From assembly GCA_964426185.1 (NCBI GenBank), contig CAYRPF010000120.1, positions 1 to 5,707 of the forward strand: a stretch of DNA of 5,707 nucleotides, given 5' to 3'. Positions 1 through 5,707 of the stretch are shown here, in pieces. This DNA is from an uncultured archaeon. Its GTDB lineage: Archaea > Asgardarchaeota > Lokiarchaeia > Sigyniarchaeales > Promethearchaeaceae. The notes below the pieces were generated by a model that was given only the letters and a program-made list of their open reading frames with translations, searched no databases and was not told where the DNA came from. Every line of letters begins with the position of its first letter. Position 1 is the stretch's first letter. The translations under genes were made by a program, and so were the position numbers.

Positions 1-17
1 AACGACCCATCAATAAT

Positions 18-94
18 AATTATTGTTCATATGAATAAAGATCGAGTCGAAATTTGAATAGAACGTTGTTTTATTTGTGCATGATATCTTTTTA
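18..94 (-). repeat. Long inverted repeat, copy A (77 bp; reverse complement of 2809..2883)
   Basis: Manual alignment: 34..63 (AATAAAGATCGAGTCGAAATTTGAATAGAA) is the exact reverse complement of 2838..2867, and 73..94 is the exact reverse complement of 2809..2830. Differences are substitutions at 28, 33 and 64 plus a net 2-nt indel around 65..72. Confidence 0.95.
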
Positions 95-242
95 ATTTTT
101 TTTTTCATTAGAACCATGTTTTATAGTAATTGAAACATAAAATTGATTAAGAATTGATTCTAAAGCACAGTTTCGAGAAAAGTATGTCCTTAAGCGAAGG
201 AAAGAAAATTAGCATCTCAAAACTAATAATAAGAAAGCATGA

Positions 243-270
243 AGAAAAAAATTATACAAAAAAAGAAGAA
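243..270 (-). terminator. Putative archaeal-type oligo(T) terminator of the kinase gene
   Basis: On the minus strand, directly after the stop at 271..273: TTCTTCTTTTTTTGTATAATTTTTTTCT, with two T7 runs and no GC hairpin. Confidence 0.5.
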
Positions 271-2049
271 TTACTTCAAATTTCGATTTAAAATTTCAAT
301 TAGTTCTTGAATCGAAAATGGTTTTCGTAAAAAATCAACAAAGCCCATACTTATGTAGGATTTTATAAGATTTTCTTGCAAATATCCGCTTGTAATTATG
401 GAGTTAATCGATATTTCGTGAGATTTCAAATGTTTAAGAACTTCTACCGCACCTTTTCCCCCTACTACGGTAAGGTCAAGAATCATTAAATCGATCGAAT
501 CTTTATTGTTATTTATATAATCTATTAATTCTTCACCCCTTGTAAAAGAAATGGTATTACCTCCAAATTTTTGGATCAATTTATTAAGAATAGCTAAAAT
601 TTCTCGTCGATCTTCTAAAATTACGATTTTTTTCCCAGAAATCTCTGAAAATTCACCTAATTCATTAATTTTTCCAGTTTTATTTAGTTTTTCGTTCTCT
701 GCAATTCCATCCGATTTACTTGCAGGAAGATAGATTGTAAATTCGGTGAATTCACCTTCTTTAGATTCACAAGTAATTATCCCATTATGGTTTTCGATAA
801 TGGATTTACATATCGAAAGTCCAAGTCCGTTTCCTTTTGCTTTCGTCGTGAAATATTGACAGAAAATTTCATCTTGAATGGATTTGGGAATTCCTTTTCC
901 ATTATCTCTAATTATAATTCTTACGTATTTCCCTTTTGGACAGCCGGGAATTTCTTTATCTTGTTTAATGATGTAATTTTCTATGCTGCATTTTATTTCC
1001 CCATGAGAATCCATTGCTTGTTTGGCGTTTATAAGCAAATTAGAAAAAACTTGACTTAACTGGTCAAAATCAAATTCACAAAGCCAAATTTCTTTACTTG
1101 AATAGATTGTATATTTGATGGAAGTGCCCCGAAGATGAAATTGGATAATTTCTTCCAATAATTCATCCAATTTTCCAGTTTTTTTGATGGGTATTCCACC
1201 TTTGGAGAAGTTTAAAAGTTGTAGGGTAAGGTTTTTTGCTCTAACTAAAGCTATTTTGATATCCTCAATCATGATTCTATTTTCACCTTCAATTTCTTCA
1301 TCCAATTCGATAAAATCGATATTTCCTTGTATTATAGAAAGAAGGTTGTTAAAATCATGAGCAATCCCACCCGCCAATAGGTTTAAGGATTGGAGATTTT
1401 TAGATTTAAAGTATTCATACTCAAGTGAAAGAATTCGATATCTTTCCACTTCGAAATAAATCAGAAACATCCCTAAAGAAATAGTAATCCCAAAAAACGA
1501 ACCAAAATAAAAACCAATGATGGATAAATATTCATGATTCCGTAGAAAAGGATACCCAAATTTGAGAAAACCCCACAAAATAAAACAAATACCGGTTACT
1601 TTCTGCCCTACAGATTTTGGTAAATCTTTTCTTAAAAGCGAAAAACCTGTATTAATATAAAAAAAGCCCTGAACAAAAAAAGGGGGTATGGTAATCAAAT
1701 AAAAATCAAAATCAAAAAATGTGGAGAAAAATACCCAGATGGTTATTACAACAACCAGAATTTTGGTATAATCAGCATCTTTTGTTTTAACTAACTTTTT
1801 ACTTCCTATATATATGTAGTATCCGTTAAAAAGATTGAAACCTTGATTAAAAACAAGAAAAATCTGATTGTTACCATATATTTCTATTAATATTGTAACT
1901 AGTAAACGAAACGAATATAAGATCCACCCGATCAACCAATATTTAAGATAAATATCCTTAAAATGCAAATAAAGATATAAAAATACTAATATCAAAATAA
2001 TAGAAGAAAAAAATACAATAATTACTGCTCCCAAGAAACTTTCTAGCAA
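271..2049 (-). CDS. Membrane-bound hybrid sensor histidine kinase/response regulator (multi-TM sensor + HisKA + HATPase_c + receiver; NtrB/CckA-like)
   Basis: 592-aa ORF. Residues 1-200 contain about 7 hydrophobic segments. H-box LAGGIAHDFNNLL (His231), N-box QVFSNLLINAKQAM, G1 DNGKGIP, F-box YFTTK, G2 GNGLGLS. C-terminal receiver has ILED, LMILDL, ITSGY and RKPF. The TTG start is preceded by SD-like AGGCGAG. Confidence 0.95.
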   Translation of the reverse strand: MLESFLGAVIIVFFSSIILILVFLYLYLHFKDIYLKYWLIGWILYSFRLLVTILIEIYGNNQIFLVFNQGFNLFNGYYIYIGSKKLVKTKDADYTKILVVVITIWVFFSTFFDFDFYLITIPPFFVQGFFYINTGFSLLRKDLPKSVGQKVTGICFILWGFLKFGYPFLRNHEYLSIIGFYFGSFFGITISLGMFLIYFEVERYRILSLEYEYFKSKNLQSLNLLAGGIAHDFNNLLSIIQGNIDFIELDEEIEGENRIMIEDIKIALVRAKNLTLQLLNFSKGGIPIKKTGKLDELLEEIIQFHLRGTSIKYTIYSSKEIWLCEFDFDQLSQVFSNLLINAKQAMDSHGEIKCSIENYIIKQDKEIPGCPKGKYVRIIIRDNGKGIPKSIQDEIFCQYFTTKAKGNGLGLSICKSIIENHNGIITCESKEGEFTEFTIYLPASKSDGIAENEKLNKTGKINELGEFSEISGKKIVILEDRREILAILNKLIQKFGGNTISFTRGEELIDYINNNKDSIDLMILDLTVVGGKGAVEVLKHLKSHEISINSIITSGYLQENLIKSYISMGFVDFLRKPFSIQELIEILNRNLK

Positions 2050-2243
2050 ATATCTCGCCTAAGAATAATTTAATTTTTCGTTTTTAAAATTTTAATCCTT
2101 ATTAATTATATATGCTAATATCTTGTTCAAGTCTTTGGGATAGAAAGTTACGATGATTCGTGAGATTTGTTGAGGCTGGGACTAACGGGATGAAAGGTGT
2201 GGTGCTAATCAACTATGGGAAAAGAAGGAAAAAAATATTAATT

Positions 2244-2257
2244 TTTGAACATTTAGA
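2244..2257. repeat. 14-bp inverted repeat, left copy (TTTGAACATTTAGA); partner at 2911..2924
   Basis: The reverse complement of 2911..2924 is TTTGAGCATTTAGA, 13/14 identical. Weaker gapped similarity extends about 10 nt outward. Confidence 0.7.
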
Positions 2258-2272
2258 CTTTTAGTCTAAATG
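2250..2272. repeat. Perfect palindrome CATTTAGACT-TTT-AGTCTAAATG (10-bp arms, 3-nt loop)
   Basis: Read directly from the sequence. Confidence 0.9.
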
Positions 2273-2459
2273 GATTGGGAATTTACTTATCACGAATAAT
2301 TTGAGCATTCTGCGTTTTTTTATAGGTGATATCAATGAAAATTCGGACATCTGCCATAATTTTCAAAGCGTAAAGGCTTTCAATGATTAGAATGGCAATA
2401 TCCTTAAAATCTGTTTTGAGAATATCAACTTGATCTGTGAGTAAATCAACACATGGCAT
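2253..2459 (-). pseudogene. C-terminal fragment of a uridine kinase/phosphoribulokinase-like P-loop kinase gene
   Basis: Translates as MPCVDLLTDQVDILKTDFKDIAILIIESLYALKIMADVRIFIDITYKKTQNAQIIRDK*IPNPFRLKV*. ILIIESLYAL..ADVRIFID resembles the uridine-kinase hhhhEGhhAh...D(L/V)xhFhD segment. There is an in-frame TAA at 2283..2285 and no Walker A motif upstream in this frame. Family recognised from memory, not from a search. Confidence 0.65.
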
Positions 2460-2561
2460 TTCTTTATGGAAAAGATGGCTGCTGGGCAATCTCTTGAAAA
2501 TTAAATTCGAAATAATTGGTGAAGCGTTAGGTAATCCGTCGATAAAAGTAACAGCTATTTT

Positions 2562-2891
2562 ATGGAACGAAAAAATTTTTTCAAGAAAAATAGGTGGATT
2601 TTTACATATGAAGATAATTTTTCTTTTCGGCGCACGATAGTAAAAATTACGTTGATATTTTGGAATAAAGCTCTAAATTTGATAAAGGGAGTTATTGAAA
2701 TGTAGAAATTAGGAATCCCAAACATAGAAAACGCATTATTATTTTGCCCACCACAAATTGCTCGAGTTTTTGAAACATGGGTGGAAGAGGTAGAATGCAT
2801 GGAAATGGTAAAAAGATATCATGCACAAATCAAAACATTCTATTCAAATTTCGACTCGATCTTTATTAATATAAACAATAATTTTCTCTGA
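2562..2891 (+). pseudogene. Stop-interrupted ORF of unknown family
   Basis: ATG 2562 to TGA 2889..2891 with one in-frame TAG at 2703..2705: MERKNFFKKNRWIFTYEDNFSFRRTIVKITLIFWNKALNLIKGVIEM*KLGIPNIENALLFCPPQIARVFETWVEEVECMEMVKRYHAQIKTFYSNFDSIFININNNFL*. The same frame extends back to ATG 2466 through three more stops. Composition is protein-like but no family was recognised. Confidence 0.35.
2809..2883 (+). repeat. Long inverted repeat, copy B (75 bp; reverse complement of 18..94)
   Basis: Same alignment as copy A: perfect blocks of 30 and 22 bp. Confidence 0.95.
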
Positions 2892-2910
2892 AAAGAATGT
2901 AACATATATT

Positions 2911-2933
2911 TCTAAATGCTCAAAGCATTTAGA
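2911..2933. repeat. Perfect palindrome TCTAAATGCT-CAA-AGCATTTAGA (10-bp arms, 3-nt loop); possible operator or recombination site
   Basis: Read directly from the sequence. It uses the same 8-mer half-site as 2250..2272. Confidence 0.85.
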
Positions 2934-3185
2934 TATCTTCACCCAAAATTTAATCTAATGAAGGTAATTAATTGGTCTTTCAATTTATTATATATCTTTG
3001 CTATCTAGATTTATAAATAGAAAACCTTTTCTTTTTCTCGTTTATGTCACTTTCTTTATTATTTATAATTGAATTTCAATAAATTGGTTTTTTGGCTAAA
3101 ATTCAAAATATATCTGTGCCAAAACCCTATTATTTTCAATATCTTTTAGAATTATGTGCTTTTTCTGATATTTTCAAAACATCTG

Positions 3186-3207
3186 AAGATAAGATTTTTA
3201 TTTGACA
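3186..3207 (+). promoter_or_regulatory. Candidate acs promoter (purine-rich BRE-like stretch followed by TTTTTATTT TATA-like box)
   Basis: GAAGATAAGA followed by a T-rich box at 3195..3203 would put the start site near 3225, at the beginning of the structured leader. A TTGACA also overlaps at 3202..3207. Confidence 0.3.
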
Positions 3208-3225
3208 ATAGGCATTTTAACATAC

Positions 3226-3305
3226 TACATTACGTGGCGGGAGTTAGGAAGTTATCTCGCGCCGTAAGGTTGTTCTATGAGATTGAAACATTGATGTAAA
3301 CGAGA
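3226..3305 (+). promoter_or_regulatory. Putative structured 5' leader RNA of acs
   Basis: 3230..3267 is 20/38 GC against 40/180 in 3001..3180. Hairpin stems TTACG/CGTAA and GCGGGA/TCTCGC; possible outer stem TACATTA/TGATGTA. Confidence 0.4.
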
Positions 3306-3314
3306 CTGAGTAAC

Positions 3315-5336
3315 ATGTCAGAATCAGATAAAGAAAAACAGAAATTATATTATCCGCTACCGGAACTCGCTGAAAATGCCAGGATTAAATCTATGGATGA
3401 ATATCGAGAAATTTGGAAGAAATCTGTGGAAAATCCACGTGAATTCTGGGCGGAAGAAGCTAAAATGGTCGACTGGTTTGAACCTTACACCGAAGTGTGG
3501 ACCGGCTCAACTACAGATGATTTCGTGGGCAAATGGTTTGTAGGTGGAAAATTAAACGTTTGCTACAACTGTGTTGACCGTTGGGTTGAAAAGGGGTATG
3601 GAGACGCAAAATCTCTCATTTGGATGGGTGAAGATGATACTTTAAAAGAATTCTCCTTTAAAGATCTAAAAGATGCTGTCAGTAAAACGGCTAACGCCTT
3701 AAAAGAATTGGGTGTAAAAAAAGGCGACCGCGTCTGTTTATGGCTCCCTATGGTCTCCGAATTGGCAATTACTATGCTGGCTTGCGCCCGAATTGGTGCC
3801 ATTCACTCTATTGTTTTTGGTGGTTTCAGCGCAGAATCAGTCAAAGATCGAATCGACGACAGTGAATGTAAAGTTTTAGTAGTCGCCGATCAAGTTATGC
3901 GTGCTGGCCGACCACGACCTATGAAAGATAATTTAAAGGGTATTATTGAAACCTGTCCGTCCATTGAACATGTCGCAGTAGTTAAAGTTACTGGGGATCC
4001 AAATGTCTATAAATATGAAAAAGACGTAGATTTCAGCGCTTTGGTGGAAAAACAATCCACAGAATGCCCGTGTGAACCCATGGATGCTGAAGATCCTTTA
4101 TTCATTCTATACACCAGCGGAACTACTGGTAAACCAAAAGGTGTTGTGCACACTACTGGTGGTTATCTCGTTTACGGTATGTCTACCAACAAATATGTAT
4201 GGGATTATTCATGTTTAATTGATTTAAAGGGTGCTACTCCTGAAACACGAGATGTGTGGTATTGCACTGCCGATATAGGTTGGATAACTGGGCATACCCA
4301 AATTATCTACAGCCCATTAGCTCTTGGTGCTAAAACTGTGATGTATGAAGGTGTCCCAACATGGCCACATAAAGGTCGATTTTGGGAAATTTGCGAAAAA
4401 CTCGGAGTTACCCACTTCTACACCGCTCCTACTGCAATTCGTGCTTTAATGAAATACGGAGAAGAACCAGTAAACAAATTTGACCTTTCTAAAATTAAAA
4501 TGCTCGGAACTGTAGGTGAGGTATGTAACTGGCCCGAATGGAAATGGTACTGGACCGTAGTCGGTAAAGGTACAACAGGTGAAAAACCAGTCGGACGACC
4601 CATTGTTGATTCCTACTGGCAAACTGAAACCGGTTCTTATATGATGGTGAATCTCGGAGCAATTACTCCTATGAAACCAGGTAGCTGCACATTCCCATTC
4701 TTTGGTATAAATCCCGTTTTATTGGATGAGGATGGAAATAAAGTAACTAAATCAATGACTCAAGCTTATTTTGCATACGATATGCCATGGCCTGGTATAA
4801 TGCGCACAGTTTGGGGCGACCACGATCGATTTGTGAAGACGTATCTAACAAAATTCCCTGGACATTACTTTACCGGAGATTATGCTCAAATTGATGACGA
4901 TGGTTATTATTTCATTTTGGGTCGTTCTGATGATGTAATTAAGGTATCCGGTCATCGTTTGGGTTCTGCCGAGGTAGAAGCTGCAATTAACTCTCATGAA
5001 GCAGTTGCAGAAAGTGCAGTGTGTCCTTTCCCTCATCCTGTGAAAGGATCTACTATTTTTGCTTACGTCACTTTGATGACCGGGGTAGAACCAACTGAGG
5101 AATTGAAGAAAGAAATTCAAAAACACGTTCGAGTTACTGCAGGACCTGCAGTCTATCCGGAAATTATAATGTTCTCTGAGGCTTTACCAAAGACTCGTTC
5201 TGGAAAAATTATGAGGCGTGTTTTGAAAGCAATTGCTACCCAGAGTGATATTGGAAACACCATGACTTTAGCGAATCCTGAGGTTGTACAACATTTGATC
5301 GAAGAGCGCAAGAAGCTCGGCGAGATTAAGTTCTAA
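3315..5336 (+). CDS. acs: Acetyl-CoA synthetase (AMP-forming acetate--CoA ligase)
   Basis: 673-aa ORF. N-terminal FWAEEAK..DWF and WFVGGKLNVCYNCVDR; MLACARIGAIHSIVFGGFSAES; A3 YTSGTTGKPKG; TADIGWITGH; FYTAPTAIRALM; WQTETG; YFTGD; GRSDDVIKVSGHRLG; A10 PKTRSGKIMRR (Lys631). Confidence 0.96.
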   Translation: MSESDKEKQKLYYPLPELAENARIKSMDEYREIWKKSVENPREFWAEEAKMVDWFEPYTEVWTGSTTDDFVGKWFVGGKLNVCYNCVDRWVEKGYGDAKSLIWMGEDDTLKEFSFKDLKDAVSKTANALKELGVKKGDRVCLWLPMVSELAITMLACARIGAIHSIVFGGFSAESVKDRIDDSECKVLVVADQVMRAGRPRPMKDNLKGIIETCPSIEHVAVVKVTGDPNVYKYEKDVDFSALVEKQSTECPCEPMDAEDPLFILYTSGTTGKPKGVVHTTGGYLVYGMSTNKYVWDYSCLIDLKGATPETRDVWYCTADIGWITGHTQIIYSPLALGAKTVMYEGVPTWPHKGRFWEICEKLGVTHFYTAPTAIRALMKYGEEPVNKFDLSKIKMLGTVGEVCNWPEWKWYWTVVGKGTTGEKPVGRPIVDSYWQTETGSYMMVNLGAITPMKPGSCTFPFFGINPVLLDEDGNKVTKSMTQAYFAYDMPWPGIMRTVWGDHDRFVKTYLTKFPGHYFTGDYAQIDDDGYYFILGRSDDVIKVSGHRLGSAEVEAAINSHEAVAESAVCPFPHPVKGSTIFAYVTLMTGVEPTEELKKEIQKHVRVTAGPAVYPEIIMFSEALPKTRSGKIMRRVLKAIATQSDIGNTMTLANPEVVQHLIEERKKLGEIKF

Positions 5337-5338
5337 AA

Positions 5339-5384
5339 ATAGGATTATTTTTGTTTTCCTTATTTTTTTTCTCATTCTTTTTTT
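5339..5384 (+). terminator. Putative oligo(T) terminator of acs
   Basis: T8 (5363..5370) and T7 (5378..5384) runs follow the stop, with only a weak AGGA/TCCT stem ahead of them. Confidence 0.55.
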
Positions 5385-5398
5385 AAGATTTTAGTATC

Positions 5399-5410
5399 TT
5401 TTTATATATA
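5399..5410 (+). promoter_or_regulatory. Archaeal-type TATA box of the downstream gene
   Basis: TTTATATATA at 5401..5410, about 25-30 nt upstream of ATG 5434, consistent with a leaderless or short-leader transcript. Confidence 0.5.
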
Positions 5411-5433
5411 CCTTAAATCGATATTGAAGTGAA

Positions 5434-5707
5434 ATGGAACATGCTTATACCAGCCCTGAACTTACTAAAAATCAGAAAAATCAAGCAGGACGTCTTCTAT
5501 CCATCGACATTGTAAGGGGGATTGCTATTTTTGGAGTTTTATTCATTCATCCCATGATATTCGGTACGTGGTATCCCCGATAATATTAATAGGTACCTGG
5601 GGAGGCGGTTTTCCTTTAATATCTGCCGCAGTGAACACATATAATATTTATAATCGACTAGAGCGCGGTTATTCCTATGCTGACGCATCCAGACCCGTGT
5701 TAATCAA
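5434..5707 (+). pseudogene. Frameshifted DUF1624/heparan-alpha-glucosaminide N-acetyltransferase-like membrane acyltransferase (5' part; runs off the window)
   Basis: 5434..5583 encodes MEHAYTSPELTKNQKNQAGRLLSIDIVRGIAIFGVLFIHPMIFGTWYPR*, containing the RxxSxDxxRGxA...H signature. The -1 frame from about 5577 continues PIILIGTWGGGFPLISAAVNTYNIYNRLERGYSYADASRPVLI to the window end without a stop. Confidence 0.7.

Noticed and set aside
184-291. 35-aa plus-strand ORF MSLSEGKKISISKLII...
   Set aside because: Short, overlaps the kinase 3' end and its terminator in antisense, and its Lys/Glu richness simply reflects the A-tracts.
551-1059. Plus-strand ORFs 551..733 and 787..1059
   Set aside because: Antisense shadows inside the well-supported kinase gene, with no motifs.
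2463-2567. 9-bp direct repeat TTTATGGAA (2463..2471 and 2559..2567) as a target-site duplication
   Set aside because: An AT-rich 9-mer with no terminal inverted repeats on the enclosed segment; compatible with chance.
2703-2705. In-frame TAG as pyrrolysine or readthrough
   Set aside because: The same frame has TAA and TGA stops upstream, the neighbourhood is decayed and no pyl genes are in view. Pseudogenisation is the simpler explanation.
2437-2800. ORFs 2437..2640 (+) and 2555..2800 (-) as real genes
   Set aside because: No recognisable motifs; they overlap the two better-supported remnants and look like shadow frames.
18-2883. Diversity-generating retroelement TR/VR pair: the three clear substitutions between the repeat copies all fall at adenines of copy B (plus strand)
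   Set aside because: Only three sites in a very A-rich repeat, an indel is also present, there is no reverse transcriptase in the window and no plausible C-type-lectin-like target gene. Worth revisiting only if an RT lies nearby.
3068-3126. Small palindromes ATTGAA-T-TTCAAT (3068..3080) and GGTTTTTTGGC...GCCAAAACC (3086..3126)
   Set aside because: Short or imperfect in roughly 22% GC sequence. They could be operators but cannot be distinguished from chance.
3202-3231. Bacterial sigma70 promoter TTGACA-N18-TACATT
   Set aside because: The -35 is perfect but the -10 is weak, and other signals in the window look archaeal. Not excluded if the organism proves to be bacterial.
2050-3314. CRISPR array, tRNA or intact IS element in the long intergenic gap
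   Set aside because: No regularly spaced direct repeats, no cloverleaf and no ORF with DDE, HUH or recombinase motifs.
3563-5126. Minus-strand ORFs 3563..3802, 4418..4603 and 4845..5126
   Set aside because: Antisense shadows of acs.

Overview
AT-rich window, most likely archaeal and possibly Asgard/Lokiarchaeia. That assignment is an inference from TATA-like boxes about 25-30 nt upstream of starts, oligo-T terminators and the gene families present. Two intact genes are divergently oriented: a membrane-bound hybrid histidine kinase (271..2049, minus) and an AMP-forming acetyl-CoA synthetase (3315..5336, plus). The 1.26-kb gap between them holds a uridine-kinase-like pseudogene fragment (minus), a stop-interrupted ORF of unknown family (plus) and several repeats. 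The most striking feature is a 75-77 bp near-identical inverted repeat (18..94 and 2809..2883) bracketing the kinase gene and the debris. A second, 14-bp inverted repeat (2244..2257 and 2911..2924) is tied to two 23-bp perfect palindromes built from the same TCTAAATG half-site in opposite arrangements. A GC-rich, foldable leader lies just upstream of acs. The window ends in a frameshifted DUF1624/HGSNAT-like membrane acetyltransferase gene. No recombinase, transposase, reverse transcriptase, CRISPR array or tRNA/rRNA is visible.
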